From: an uncultured Enterobacteriaceae bacterium
GTDB lineage: Bacteria; Pseudomonadota; Gammaproteobacteria; Burkholderiales; SG8-39
Length of the DNA: 64,000 bases
Assembly: GCA_964651335.1 (NCBI GenBank)
Contig: CAZYVT010000007.1
Location: forward strand, 24,893 to 88,892
Direction: 5' to 3'
Positions 21,466-31,516 of the stretch are shown in pieces. The position numbers and the translations under genes were made by a program. The notes beneath the pieces are model-generated. The model searched no databases, was not told the DNA's origin, and worked only from the letters and a program-made list of their open reading frames with translations. Each line of letters starts with the position of its first letter. The stretch's first letter is position 1.

Positions 21466-22431
21466 GTGCTGCGCGCTCTTCGAGCCAACCCGCGCTTGCT
21501 GAGCTGGTTCTACGGTTTCACGCCGCCGGAACGCGGCGCCATCGTGCTCCGGAATCGGCGCGTGTACATCGTGCCGACGCGACTGGGCTGGATGTTTGCG
21601 GGAACGCTCGGGATCCTGCTGCTCGGTTCGATCAACTACTCGCTTGCGCTCGGATTTGCCCTTACGTTCGTGCTCGGCGGCATGGGATTTGCCGGCATGG
21701 TGCACACGGCGCGCAATCTGGCGCTGCTCGCGGTGAGTCCAGGGCGCGCCGACCCGGTCTTTGCGGGCGAGGCAGCGCAGTTCCGGCTGCACCTCGACAA
21801 CCGATCGCGCTTCGACCGTCCTTCGATTCTCGCGCGCCATCTCGCGTCGGGCGCGCAGCTCGTCGTCGACGTCGCCGCGAATTCGGTCGCGGTGGTGGTG
21901 CTCGCCGTGCCGACGGAGCGGCGCGGCCGGCTCGCGCTCGGGCGCGTGATGCTCGAGACGCGTTTCCCGCTCGGTCTGTTTCGGGCGTGGAGCTATGTGG
22001 AGCCGGACGTGCGCTGTCTCGTGTATCCGCGCCCCGCGCGTAGCCCGCTGCCGCCTCCCGATGCAGAAGCCGCAGGCGGCGGGGCGCGCACCCACGCGCA
22101 GGGCAACGACGATTTTTCCGGGCTTCGCGCCTACCAGGCCTCCGATTCGCCGCGGCACATTGCATGGAAGGCGGTGGCGCGCACCGGCGACATGCTTACC
22201 AAGCAGTTCGCGGAGGACGCCGCCGCGGAGCTTTGGCTCGAGTGGGAGCGCACGCCCCAGCGGCTCGGGACCGAAGAGCGGCTGTCGCTGCTCACCGGCT
22301 GGGTGCTCGACGCGGAACGGAGCGGCGCGAGCTACGGGATGCGCCTGCCGGGCGCCGAGATCGCCACCGGCCGCGGCGACGCGCAGCGCGCCGACTGCCT
22401 GAATGCGCTCGCCTTGTACGACAGGCCATGA
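21466..22431 (+). CDS. DUF58 domain-containing protein
   Basis: Two N-terminal TM helices, then FSGLRAYQASDSPRHIAWKAVAR (the DUF58 core). The start is ambiguous: GTG at 21466, or the track start at 21424, which would overlap the upstream gene. Confidence 0.75.
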   Translation: MLRALRANPRLLSWFYGFTPPERGAIVLRNRRVYIVPTRLGWMFAGTLGILLLGSINYSLALGFALTFVLGGMGFAGMVHTARNLALLAVSPGRADPVFAGEAAQFRLHLDNRSRFDRPSILARHLASGAQLVVDVAANSVAVVVLAVPTERRGRLALGRVMLETRFPLGLFRAWSYVEPDVRCLVYPRPARSPLPPPDAEAAGGGARTHAQGNDDFSGLRAYQASDSPRHIAWKAVARTGDMLTKQFAEDAAAELWLEWERTPQRLGTEERLSLLTGWVLDAERSGASYGMRLPGAEIATGRGDAQRADCLNALALYDRP

Positions 22432-24395
22432 CCGCGCCGCATCCGCTTGCGCCCGAGGTCCGTCCGCTGACCGCGCGAGACCTCGCCGGACTGATTCTGG
22501 CGCTCGCGATCGTGGCGGCTCCGCACGCACTGCGCGCGCCGTGGTGGCTCGCGCTGCTGACCCTGTGCATGTACGGCTTGCGTGCAGTGGCGCTGGTCCA
22601 CCGCCAGGCGCTGCCGGCGCGCTGGCTGCTGTTTCTCATCGCGGCGGTGGCGATGCTCGGCGTGTGGGTGGAATACCGCACGCTTTTCGGCCGGGTGGCC
22701 GGAATCGTGTTGCTTCTGCTGTTCTCCGGCCTGAAGCTGCTCGAAACCCGGTCGCACCGCGACGCATTCGCCGTCGTGTTTCTCTGTTACTTCCTCATGA
22801 TCACCAATTTTCTCTACACGCAGAGCATTTCCGCGGCGCTGGCGATGTGCCTGGGGCTCGGGGTCATCACCGCGACGATGGTCGGATTCAGCGCGCCGCA
22901 GCGCTCGCTGCGGGCGAATATTCGCACCGCGGGCATGCTTCTCGCCCACGCCGCGCCGGCAGGGCTCCTGCTGTTCCTGCTTTTTCCGCGGATCCAGGGG
23001 CCGATGTGGGGGCTGCCGCAGGACTCGCAAAGCGGCGTCACCGGCCTCACCGACACCATGTCACCGGGGACTCTCGCGCAACTCGCGCAATCGGATGCAC
23101 TCGCCTTTCGCGCCGAATTCACGGCGCAGATCCCGGCGCCGCGCCAGCGCTACTGGCGCGGACCGGTGTTGTCGGACTTCGACGGCCGTACCTGGCAAGC
23201 CGGCCTGGTGCACCTCGCAGAGGCGCCGTCGCCGCCGCGGGACGGCGCGACCTATCGCTACACCGTGTTGCTCGAGCCGCACCCGCGGAACTGGCTGTTC
23301 GCGCTCGAATCGCCGGTGCGGATTCCGCCGCAGGCAAAATTCACTTCGGACAGGCATCTGGTCTCGGCTTCGCCGGTGCGCAATCGCCTGCGCTACGACA
23401 TGGTCTCGGTCGCAGACGCGCAGCCCGACCCTCGCGAGGATCCGATACAGTTGCGCCGCGCACTGCGGATCCCGTCCGGCTACAACCCGAAGGCCAGGGC
23501 GCTTGCCGATGAATGGCGGCGCGCCGCACGCGATCAGGAGGAGATCCTTGGCCGCGCCGTGGACTTCTTCCGCACCGGGCGGTATGTCTACACGCTTGAA
23601 CCCCCGCTGCTGGGGCGCGACTCGGTGGACGAGTTCCTGTTCTCGACGCGGTCCGGATTCTGCGAGCATTTTGCCTCGGCTTTCGTCTTCCTGATGCGCG
23701 CAGCGGGCCTGCCGGCGCGTGTCGTTACGGGCTATCAGGGCGGAGATCCGAATCCTGTGGACGGCATCCTCACGGTGCGCCAGTCCGACGCGCACGCCTG
23801 GGCCGAAGTGTTCGTCTCAGGCCGCGGCTGGCTGCGCGCCGATCCGACCGCCGCAGCGGTGCCCGGTCGCGTCGAAGAAGGCCTTGCCCGGTCCGTGCCC
23901 GGCGGCGCCGGGCTTGCGCTCCTGATGCGGCCCGAATTCGAATGGCTGCGCGGAATACGCTACAACTGGGAAGCGCTCGTGCACCAGTGGAATGTCCGGG
24001 TGCTCGGCTACAACCCGGAACGCCAGCGCGAATTCATGTCGTGGTTCGGCATGCAGAGCGCCGACTGGAGGGAGCTCGCCGCGGCGCTGTCTGCCGCAAT
24101 GGGCGTGTTCACGTTGTCGCTGCTTGCCTGGTCGCTGCGGCGCTGGGCGCGGCCGGACCCGGTGCAGGCGGCATGGCTGCGGTTTTGCCGCAAGCTCGGC
24201 GCCCGCGGTTTTGCGCGCGCACCGCACGAAGGTCCGCGCGACTACTCGGATCGCGCCGCGCGCAACGCCCCGGCGGCGGGCGCCGCCATCCGGCGCATTG
24301 GAGATTTGTACATCGCACTTCGCTACGGGAAAACGGCGGCGGCGGAAGAGGTCGCCGAGCTGCAGCGTCTGGTACGCGCATTGAAGTTCGCATGA
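22428..24395 (+). CDS. TgpA-like transglutaminase (DUF3488 membrane domain + transglutaminase core)
   Basis: Start at MTAPHPLAPEV, with an ATGA overlap. A multi-TM N-domain is followed by GFCEHFASAFVFLMRAAGLPARVVTGYQGG...DAHAWAEV, which carries the Cys-His-Asp core. Confidence 0.8.
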   Translation: MTAPHPLAPEVRPLTARDLAGLILALAIVAAPHALRAPWWLALLTLCMYGLRAVALVHRQALPARWLLFLIAAVAMLGVWVEYRTLFGRVAGIVLLLLFSGLKLLETRSHRDAFAVVFLCYFLMITNFLYTQSISAALAMCLGLGVITATMVGFSAPQRSLRANIRTAGMLLAHAAPAGLLLFLLFPRIQGPMWGLPQDSQSGVTGLTDTMSPGTLAQLAQSDALAFRAEFTAQIPAPRQRYWRGPVLSDFDGRTWQAGLVHLAEAPSPPRDGATYRYTVLLEPHPRNWLFALESPVRIPPQAKFTSDRHLVSASPVRNRLRYDMVSVADAQPDPREDPIQLRRALRIPSGYNPKARALADEWRRAARDQEEILGRAVDFFRTGRYVYTLEPPLLGRDSVDEFLFSTRSGFCEHFASAFVFLMRAAGLPARVVTGYQGGDPNPVDGILTVRQSDAHAWAEVFVSGRGWLRADPTAAAVPGRVEEGLARSVPGGAGLALLMRPEFEWLRGIRYNWEALVHQWNVRVLGYNPERQREFMSWFGMQSADWRELAAALSAAMGVFTLSLLAWSLRRWARPDPVQAAWLRFCRKLGARGFARAPHEGPRDYSDRAARNAPAAGAAIRRIGDLYIALRYGKTAAAEEVAELQRLVRALKFA

Positions 24396-25381
24396 AGCAG
24401 CTGCTCTGCTTCGGCGCCCTGCTTTCCTGCTGCGCAGCACTGGCAGGGGACCCGCCGCAGACGCCGTATGGCAGCCGGCCGGCGGTGCGCGCATTCGTGC
24501 AAGAGATGGTACGGCGCCACGGTTTCGTGGAGCGCGAGCTCGTGTTCGCGTTTTCGCGCGCCCGGCGCCAGGCCGCCGTTCTGAAGGCGGTGACGCCGCC
24601 CACCGACCGCGCGCGGTCGTGGGCCGAGTACCGCGCAACGTTCCTCGACGACCGCCGCATCGAGGCCGGGATCGAGTTCTGGCGCATGCACCGCGCAGCG
24701 CTCGAGCGCGCGACCCGGGAATACGGAGTTCCCGAAGAAGTGACCGTTGCGATCATCGGGATCGAAACGTTCTACGGCCGCAATACCGGCCGCTGGCGCG
24801 TGATCGACGCGCTCACCACCCTTGCGTTCGATTATCCGCCGCGCGCCGAGTTCTTCCGCGCCGAACTCGAAAATTACCTGCTGCTCGCGCGCGAGACCGG
24901 AACCGACGTCTTTTCCGCGCGCGGGTCCTACGCGGGCGCGATCGGCATCCCGCAATTCATGCCGGGTAGCTACCTGAAATTCGCGGTCGACTTTGACGGC
25001 GACGGGATCATCGACCTGACCGCCAATCCGGCCGATGCGATCGGCAGCGTGGCGAACTTCCTCAAGCAGCACGGCTGGCGGCGCGGCGAACACGTGCTGC
25101 TCGCCGCGGAGATCCAGGGGGAGGCGTTTCGACCCTACGCGGACGGCAGCGTGCTGCCGCGCCACACGCTGGAAGATTTGGCGAAGGCAGGCGTCGCAGC
25201 GGGGGGGGCGACGACGCCGAAGACCCTCAAAGCAGTGCTCATCGAGCTCGAGACGCCGGGGCGCCCGAGCGAATTCCGCCTCGGGTTCGACAACTTCTAC
25301 GTGCTGACGCGTTACAACCGGTCGAGCTTCTACGCTGCCGCGGTGGCGGACCTTGCGGCGGCGCTGCGCGCGGCGCGCTGA
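24392..25381 (+). CDS. mltB: lytic murein transglycosylase B
   Basis: MKQLLCFGALLSCCAALAG signal sequence, then IIGIETFYGRNTG, GSYAGAIGIPQFMPGSY and FDGDGIIDL. An ATGA overlap joins it to the tgpA-like stop. Confidence 0.85.
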   Translation: MKQLLCFGALLSCCAALAGDPPQTPYGSRPAVRAFVQEMVRRHGFVERELVFAFSRARRQAAVLKAVTPPTDRARSWAEYRATFLDDRRIEAGIEFWRMHRAALERATREYGVPEEVTVAIIGIETFYGRNTGRWRVIDALTTLAFDYPPRAEFFRAELENYLLLARETGTDVFSARGSYAGAIGIPQFMPGSYLKFAVDFDGDGIIDLTANPADAIGSVANFLKQHGWRRGEHVLLAAEIQGEAFRPYADGSVLPRHTLEDLAKAGVAAGGATTPKTLKAVLIELETPGRPSEFRLGFDNFYVLTRYNRSSFYAAAVADLAAALRAAR

Positions 25382-25415
25382 TCGGGATCGGTGCGGCGGA
25401 AGGGCGGACCGCTGC

Positions 25416-26360
25416 TCAGCCGGGAGGCAGGTAGTGAAGCGGATCGACCGGCTTGCCGGACTTGCGGATTTCGAAGTGCAGCTTGGGCGCCTCGGCGTCA
25501 GTGTCGCCGAGCTCCGCGATCTTCTGGCCGCGCACCACCTGCTGGCCTTCCTTCACCAGAATTTCGCGGTTGTGAGCGTAGACGCTGTTGAACCCGTTGT
25601 CGTGCTTGATGACGATCAGCTTGCCGTAACCGCGGATCCCCGTGCCGGTGTACATCACGCGCCCTGGCGCTGCTGCGACCACCGGATCGCCGATCCTGCC
25701 GCCGATGTCCACGCCCTTGTTGTTCGGCTCGGCAAATCCCGTCAGTACTTTGCCCTTCGCGGGCCAGACGAAGTCGATCGCCTCCGGGTCGCGTTCGGCA
25801 GCCCGCGACGGCTCCGGCTTGGGCGCAATCGCGACCGGCTGGGGCGCAGGCTTCACTGCCGGGGCCGCGTCGCCTTGCGAGAGGATGACGAGGTTCTGTT
25901 CCGAGTACGGCAGGCGCAGCGCCTTGGGCGCCGTCTTCATCGCGCCGTCGCCCTGACCTTGTCGCGCCATCGCGGCCGGATCGAGCGGGCGCGATTCGAC
26001 CGGGCCCGCGCCGCGCGCGGCACCGATTTGAACCTGCGGTTGTTCCTCCGGCGAGGCAAGGCGAAGAGCTTGCCCGACCCGGATCTTCGCCGGATCGTCG
26101 AGCTTGTTCCACTGCGCCAGGTCCCGGTAGTCCACGCCCTGCTCCAGCGCAATGCTGTAGAGGGTGTCGCCCCGCCTGACCGTGTAGGTTGCCTGCGGCG
26201 CCGCCGAGGCGCCCGGAACGGGCGTCGGTTGTACCGCCGGCGGTTTGGGGGCGGTAACGGGGGCCGGCCGGCGGTCGTCCACCGGGGCCGCTGCACGCTG
26301 CGTCGCGCAGCCGGCGGCGAACAGGCACGCCGCGCCAACCACCATTGCGATCCTCATCAT
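25416..26360 (-). CDS. nlpD: LysM + M23 peptidase lipoprotein NlpD
   Basis: Start at [18 protein letters not shown] (lipobox). LysM region [15 protein letters not shown]23 motifs [22 protein letters not shown] and HFEIR. Confidence 0.85.
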   Translation of the reverse strand: MMRIAMVVGAACLFAAGCATQRAAAPVDDRRPAPVTAPKPPAVQPTPVPGASAAPQATYTVRRGDTLYSIALEQGVDYRDLAQWNKLDDPAKIRVGQALRLASPEEQPQVQIGAARGAGPVESRPLDPAAMARQGQGDGAMKTAPKALRLPYSEQNLVILSQGDAAPAVKPAPQPVAIAPKPEPSRAAERDPEAIDFVWPAKGKVLTGFAEPNNKGVDIGGRIGDPVVAAAPGRVMYTGTGIRGYGKLIVIKHDNGFNSVYAHNREILVKEGQQVVRGQKIAELGDTDAEAPKLHFEIRKSGKPVDPLHYLPPG

Positions 26361-27034
26361 GCCTTTCCGCTCTCGAGCGGGACAAAACGCACCGGGTCGA
26401 GCGCCGTCTCGCTGTAGCCGCGCACGCCACGCTCGATCAGAATCAGCCGCTGCGCGCTCGCGGTTGCGCCGCGCACCGGAATGATCATTCTGCCACCCGG
26501 CGCAAGCTGCCGTAAGAGGGGCTGCGACGCCTGCATCGCGGCGGCGGCGACGATGATGGCGTCGAACGGCGCCGCCCTTTCCAGGCCCAGATTGCCGTCT
26601 CCGTGCACCAGGCGCAGGTTGCGCAGCCGCAGCTCGCGCAGGTTTGCGCGCGCGCGCTCGAGCAGTTCCTTGATGCGCTCGACCGAGTACACCTCTTTCG
26701 CAAGGTGCGCGAGCACGGCGGCCTGGTAGCCGCATCCGGTGCCGACTTCGAGCACCTTGCCGAGCTCCCTGCCGTTTGCCAGCTGTTCGATCATCCGTGC
26801 CACGACGTAGGGCTGCGAGATCGTCTGCCCGAAGCCGATCGGCAGTGCGGTGTCCTCGTATGCCCGGTGCGCCAGCGCCTCGTCGACGAACACATGGCGC
26901 GGCACCGACGCCATCGCGGCGAGCACCCGCTGGTCGCCAATTCCCTTTTCGCGCAACCGCTCCACCATTCGCGCGCGGGTGCGCTGCGAGGTCATGCCGA
27001 TCCCGAGAAGATTCCTGGTCCTGGGCGCGTTCAC
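26357..27034 (-). CDS. pcm: protein-L-isoaspartate O-methyltransferase
   Basis: [10 protein letters not shown], and [16 protein letters not shown] as the SAM motif. Confidence 0.95.
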   Translation of the reverse strand: MNAPRTRNLLGIGMTSQRTRARMVERLREKGIGDQRVLAAMASVPRHVFVDEALAHRAYEDTALPIGFGQTISQPYVVARMIEQLANGRELGKVLEVGTGCGYQAAVLAHLAKEVYSVERIKELLERARANLRELRLRNLRLVHGDGNLGLERAAPFDAIIVAAAAMQASQPLLRQLAPGGRMIIPVRGATASAQRLILIERGVRGYSETALDPVRFVPLESGKA

Positions 27035-27774
27035 TTCGCCAGCCAGTCCTTCACCAGCGCAAGTTGTCCATGCAACGTGAGGTCCACCTGCAGAGGCGTG
27101 ACCGAAACGCGTTTGTTCGCGACGGCGTGAAAGTCGGTGCCCGGCCCGGCATCCTGCGCATCTCCGGCGGCGCCGATCCAGTATGCGTTCTCCCCGCGCG
27201 GGGTTTGCACTTTGACCACCGGCTCGGCCTTGTGGCGCCTGCCGAGACGCGTGATTTCGACACCCCCCAGATCGGATGGCGCCACGCTCGGCACATTGAC
27301 GTTCAGCAGTACCGGCTGCGTCATCGGTACGCGCCTGAAGCGCTCCACCAACTGCACCGCGATTGCCGCGGCGGTCTCGAAATGGCGTCCGGTCTTGCTC
27401 GCCAGCGAGACGGCGAGCGAAGGGATGCCGAGCAGAAAGCCTTCGGTCGCGGCAGCGACAGTGCCGGAGTAGATCGTGTCGTCGCCCATGTTGGCACCGA
27501 GATTGATCCCCGAGAGCACGATGTCCGGAACGAAATCGAGCAACCCGGTCACGGCGAGGTGCACGCAGTCCGTCGGGGTTCCGTTCACCGAATAGAACCC
27601 GTTCGGCGCCCGCCGCACCGTGAGCGGGCGGTCGAGCGTGAGCGAGTTCGAGGCGCCGGAGCGATCGCGCTCGGGAGCGACGACGGTCACCTCGCCGAGC
27701 GCGGCGAGACGCTCCGCGAGCAGCGTGATGCCGGGAGAGAAATAGCCGTCGTCGTTCGAGAGCAGGATGCGCAT
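27031..27774 (-). CDS. surE: 5'/3'-nucleotidase SurE
   Basis: [38 protein letters not shown]. Confidence 0.95.
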   Translation of the reverse strand: MRILLSNDDGYFSPGITLLAERLAALGEVTVVAPERDRSGASNSLTLDRPLTVRRAPNGFYSVNGTPTDCVHLAVTGLLDFVPDIVLSGINLGANMGDDTIYSGTVAAATEGFLLGIPSLAVSLASKTGRHFETAAAIAVQLVERFRRVPMTQPVLLNVNVPSVAPSDLGGVEITRLGRRHKAEPVVKVQTPRGENAYWIGAAGDAQDAGPGTDFHAVANKRVSVTPLQVDLTLHGQLALVKDWLAK

Positions 27775-27816
27775 GGCGGAACGAGCGGATTGTATCCGCC
27801 CGATCCGCAAGCCGCG

Positions 27817-28287
27817 CTAGAGACGCTCGGCAAACCTGCTATGGCCGGCGTCTTTCATCAGGTCGGTGAACTGCGTGCCGCGCATGCGGACCAACACCTG
27901 ATGGTCACCGCCCTCGAAGTACACCTCCGCCGCCGATTCGATGCTGTGATCGACCACGGTCTCCATGCCGTACGCGACTCCCAGCGGCGGCACCGCGCCC
28001 CGCTCGCAGTCGGCGAACAGCCCCGCAAGCTGTTCCTCCGTCGCGAAGCGCAGACGGCGATGCAGCTGCCGGTCGAGGTCGGCGACGCGCACCTTGCAGT
28101 CGGCGGGCACGACCGCCATCAGGTACCCGTGCTCGTCCTCCAGAATCACTGATTTCACGAGGCAACCCGCCGGGATGTGCGCTGCGCGCGCGGTCTGCCG
28201 GCTGCTCATCGTCGGCTCGTGAAACACCACGTCGTACTGCGCGCCTTTCGAGGCGAGGAAGTTCTGCAGGGTGATTGCGATCGCCAT
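27817..28287 (-). CDS. YbaK/EbsC-family (aminoacyl-tRNA deacylase-like) protein
   Basis: Start at [38 protein letters not shown] and GAVPPLG are typical of the YbaK/ProX fold. Confidence 0.7.
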   Translation of the reverse strand: MAIAITLQNFLASKGAQYDVVFHEPTMSSRQTARAAHIPAGCLVKSVILEDEHGYLMAVVPADCKVRVADLDRQLHRRLRFATEEQLAGLFADCERGAVPPLGVAYGMETVVDHSIESAAEVYFEGGDHQVLVRMRGTQFTDLMKDAGHSRFAERL

Positions 28288-28358
28288 GACGGCCTCCTGT
28301 GCAACGCGAGAGAATGGAAAACAAAGTATAGGCGCATGCCGCGTGAGTTCAAGAGCCC

Positions 28359-29309
28359 TTGCGGCAGGGTCGCACTTGCGGCGCCTTGGATACAATTTAT
28401 CATCCTGTTTCTCAGCCTTTCGTGCCTCGCGTCGCATTGATCGTCAACCCGTCCGCCGGGCGCGGAGCCGGCGAGCGCCTGGCATCGGCGGTGCGTGCGC
28501 GGCTTCAAGAGCGCGATCTCCGCTGCGAAGTGCGGCTCACGAGGGCGCCCGGAGAGGCCACGGCACTGGTGGCTGCGGCGCTTCGCGATGGCGCCGACTG
28601 CGTGGCCGTCGCGGGCGGCGACGGCACGGTCAACGAAGCGGTCAACGGCTATGTTGGAACCGCTCGCGCAGATCAGGCGCTCGCGGTCATCCCGGTCGGC
28701 ACCGGAAACGATTTTGCGAAGATGCTCGGTGTGGGGGGCGACTGGCGTCTCGCCTGCGAAAGGATCGCTGCGGGCCGGCGCCGGCGCGTGGACCTGGGAC
28801 GCTGCAACGGCAGGATCTTCGCCAACGGTATCGGCGCCGGATTCGACGCGCAGGTCGCGCTCGAGGCGAACGGTATCCGCTGGCTGCGCGGGAACGCCGT
28901 ATACGGCGTTGCCCTCGCCCGCACGCTGCTGCTGCGTTACGCGACGCCGCACGCCCGCATCGTGCACGATGCGGGCGTGCTCGAGGGGCGCATTACGATG
29001 ATGGCGGCCGCGAACGGCACCACCTACGGCGGTGCGTTTCGCATGGCACCGGATGCGGACATTGCAGACGGACTGCTCGACCTCGTCGTCGCCGACTCAC
29101 TGTCACGCATCGGGATTTTGGGCCTCGTGCCGCACGTCATGCGCGGCACACACGTCGGACGGGCCGGCGTGACCGTGCTGCGCACCAAGCGCGTGGTGGT
29201 GGAGACGGACGAGCCGCTCGTCGTGCACGCCGATGGCGAGATCATCGACCGCGCGGCGAGGCGGCTTGAGGTCGACGTGTTGCCCGGTGCACTGCTTGCA
29301 ATCGCCTGA
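28359..29309 (+). CDS. diacylglycerol/lipid kinase family protein (YegS/BmrU-like)
   Basis: ALIVNPSAGRG, VAVAGGDGTVNEAVNG, PVGTGNDFAK. The exact start is uncertain. Confidence 0.8.
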   Translation: MRQGRTCGALDTIYHPVSQPFVPRVALIVNPSAGRGAGERLASAVRARLQERDLRCEVRLTRAPGEATALVAAALRDGADCVAVAGGDGTVNEAVNGYVGTARADQALAVIPVGTGNDFAKMLGVGGDWRLACERIAAGRRRRVDLGRCNGRIFANGIGAGFDAQVALEANGIRWLRGNAVYGVALARTLLLRYATPHARIVHDAGVLEGRITMMAAANGTTYGGAFRMAPDADIADGLLDLVVADSLSRIGILGLVPHVMRGTHVGRAGVTVLRTKRVVVETDEPLVVHADGEIIDRAARRLEVDVLPGALLAIA

Positions 29310-29320
29310 ATGATGGTATC

Positions 29321-31516
29321 GTGCCCCGGCGGCAACGGAGAGTACGCGGGCAGGGGGCCGGCTTGAGCGCGGACACGGCGAAGTACTGGGCCTTCATCAG
29401 CTACAGCCATCGCGATGCGAGGGTGGCCACGGCATTGCAGCGCGCGCTCGAAACCTACCGCCTCCCCCGGCGGCTCGTGGGCACGGTCACCGCGTTGGGT
29501 GCGCTACCCGCCTTCCTCAAGCCCGTCTTCCGCGACCGCGACGAAATGCAGGCGGGCGCGGACCTCAAGGCCACGGTCCGCGAGGCCCTGGAGCAAAGCC
29601 GCTACCTCATCGTCGTGTGCTCGCCCGAGGCGGTGCGCTCGCCCTGGGTGAACCGGGAAATCGTCGAGTTCAAGAAGCTGCACGGCGAAGCGCGCGTGCT
29701 CGCTCTCATCGCCGCGGGAGAACCTTTCTCCAGCCGCATGCCCGGGCGCGAAGCCGAGGAATGCTTCCCTGAGGCGCTGCGCTTCGCGCTCACGTCTGCG
29801 GGCCTGCCGCAGGGCGAGGCGCTGGAACCCATCGCCGCCGACCTGCGCCCGCAGGGTGACGGCAAACGCCGGGCAATGCTCAAGCTAGTGGCCGGCATGG
29901 TGGGCGTAGGCGTGGACGAACTGGTGCACCGCGATGCGCACCGCCGCGCGCGCCGCATGGCGATGGTGGCGAGCGCCTCGCTGGCGGGCATGGCGGTGAT
30001 GGCGGTGCTCACCGTCATGGCCGTGCAGTCGCGCATCGAGGCGCAAAGCCAGCGCGTGCAGGCCGAAGACCTGATCGAGTTCATGCTCGGCGACCTGCGC
30101 AAGAAGCTCGACGCCGTCGGGCGCCTCGACGTGCTCGACTCGGTGGGGGAAAAAGCGCTCGGCTACTACGCCCGGCAGGAAGCCGACCGGCTCGATGCCG
30201 ATGCACTGGGGCGCCGCTCGCGCGCCATCCACCTCATCGGCGAGATGCGCGAGCAGCGCGGCCAGCTCGAGGATGCGCTCGCCGCCTTCCAGAGCGCTGC
30301 CGACACCACCGCGCACCTGCTCGAGCGCTCGCCCTACGACGGCCAGCGCATCTTCGACCATGCGCAAAGCGTCTACTGGGTCGGTTACATCGCCTGGCAG
30401 CGCGGCCAGGCGAAGGCGGCCGAGGAGGCGTTCCGCAAGTACCTGGAGCTCGCGCAGCAGTTGGTACGCATCGACCCGAACAATCTCGACTGGGAAGTGG
30501 AACTCGCATCCGCCCATATCAACCTCGGTACCGTGCTGCTCGGCACTTCACGTCCCGCTGACGCCCTGAAGGAATATGCCGAGGCGAGCGAGCCGCTTTC
30601 GCGGCTTTCCGCAAGGCGCCCTGAGCTCGTGTTCGAACTTGCGCACAACTTTGGCTGGATCGCGAAAGCGCGGGAGGCGCTCGGGGACTACGACGCTGCC
30701 ATCGCGGCGCAGCAGACCAAGATCGAGCTGTTTCGCAAGGTGCCGGCTGCCGAGAAGAACAAGCAAGTGCAGCGCGGCCTGCAAAACGGTGCGGTCGAGC
30801 TCTCACTTCTTGAATTGGCAAGGGGCGATCTGAAGGCCGCCGAACAGTATGCACGCGACGCAGTGCAGCGTGCCGATGCACTCGTCGCAGCCGACCCGGA
30901 AAACCGTTTCTGGCAGGCGCAGCTCCATGTCGCGGACTGGGTCCTTGGCGAAGCGGAAGCCGCACTGGGGAATCGCGGCGAGGCGCGCCAGCACGTTCAG
31001 CGTGCGCTCGATGGAGCAGACAAGCTGATCGCGATCGACGCCTCGGTCGCGAACGTGCAAGTCAAATTAAAAGGCCGCGCGCTGAAGCTCGCGGCTCAAC
31101 TCGCGCTGGCGGAGAAGCGCAACGGACCCGGCGCCGAAATCGAAGCTTATCTAGCCAAGATCGGCGACTTCATCGCGCAGGGCAAAATCCTGGACAATGA
31201 GCAGGGCGTGATCGTGGCTCAGGCCGAACTGATGCTGGGCGATTTGCTCGCCGCCGAGCAAAGGCAAGATGCCGCAGCAACCCATTGGCGTGCCGCCGCC
31301 GAGCGGGCGCAGCAATACGCCGAGTATGGTAACGTGCCTGCTCTTACCCTGCTCGCGCATGCGCGGCTTCGGCTGGGGTCGGTCGAGCAGGCCAGCAAAA
31401 TCGCCATGCGTATCGAGTCCACCAGTTACCGGCACCCCGCGTATGCCGATCTTGTCCGTCTGCTATCGAACGGTGCGGGGCCGTCGATCGCGCAACCAGT
31501 ATCGAGGAGGCCCTAA
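29321..31516 (+). CDS. TIR domain - single TM - TPR-like repeat protein
   Basis: N-terminus reads YWAFISYSHRD...VFRDRDEMQAGADL...YLIVVCSPEAVRSPWVNREIVEF (a TIR with the SxWxxxE glutamate). A linker AADLRPQGDGKRRAMLKLVAGMVGVGVDELVHRD leads to RRARR plus the hydrophobic span MAMVASASLAGMAVMAVLTVMAV. About 490 aa of helical-repeat sequence follow. The alternative start is TTG at 29363, with AGGGGG 5 nt upstream. Confidence 0.8.
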   Translation: MPRRQRRVRGQGAGLSADTAKYWAFISYSHRDARVATALQRALETYRLPRRLVGTVTALGALPAFLKPVFRDRDEMQAGADLKATVREALEQSRYLIVVCSPEAVRSPWVNREIVEFKKLHGEARVLALIAAGEPFSSRMPGREAEECFPEALRFALTSAGLPQGEALEPIAADLRPQGDGKRRAMLKLVAGMVGVGVDELVHRDAHRRARRMAMVASASLAGMAVMAVLTVMAVQSRIEAQSQRVQAEDLIEFMLGDLRKKLDAVGRLDVLDSVGEKALGYYARQEADRLDADALGRRSRAIHLIGEMREQRGQLEDALAAFQSAADTTAHLLERSPYDGQRIFDHAQSVYWVGYIAWQRGQAKAAEEAFRKYLELAQQLVRIDPNNLDWEVELASAHINLGTVLLGTSRPADALKEYAEASEPLSRLSARRPELVFELAHNFGWIAKAREALGDYDAAIAAQQTKIELFRKVPAAEKNKQVQRGLQNGAVELSLLELARGDLKAAEQYARDAVQRADALVAADPENRFWQAQLHVADWVLGEAEAALGNRGEARQHVQRALDGADKLIAIDASVANVQVKLKGRALKLAAQLALAEKRNGPGAEIEAYLAKIGDFIAQGKILDNEQGVIVAQAELMLGDLLAAEQRQDAAATHWRAAAERAQQYAEYGNVPALTLLAHARLRLGSVEQASKIAMRIESTSYRHPAYADLVRLLSNGAGPSIAQPVSRRP
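29384..29725 (+). other. TIR domain region of the 29321-31516 protein
   Basis: Residues ~22-135. The putative catalytic Glu (NRE) is encoded at 29657-29659. Confidence 0.7.
29957..30025 (+). other. predicted transmembrane helix (residues ~213-235)
   Basis: A run of 23 hydrophobic residues, preceded by HRRARR. By the positive-inside rule this places the N-terminal TIR in the cytoplasm. Confidence 0.6.

Noticed and set aside
28206-29269. Overlapping 253-aa minus-strand and 332-aa plus-strand ORFs in the yegS-like region
   Set aside because: They are alternative frames of the DAGK-family gene with Arg/Ala-rich artefact translations. The 28359-29309 frame carries the GGDGT and GTGNDF motifs.
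27775-29320. Search for a duplicated tRNA-Pro(GGG) 3' end, or an integrase, that would define the TIR/cyclase locus as a tRNA-integrated island
   Set aside because: No copy of TGGTCGGGGCGGTGAG... was seen upstream of the locus; the only similar string is the other tRNA-Pro at 12258. No recombinase ORF is present.
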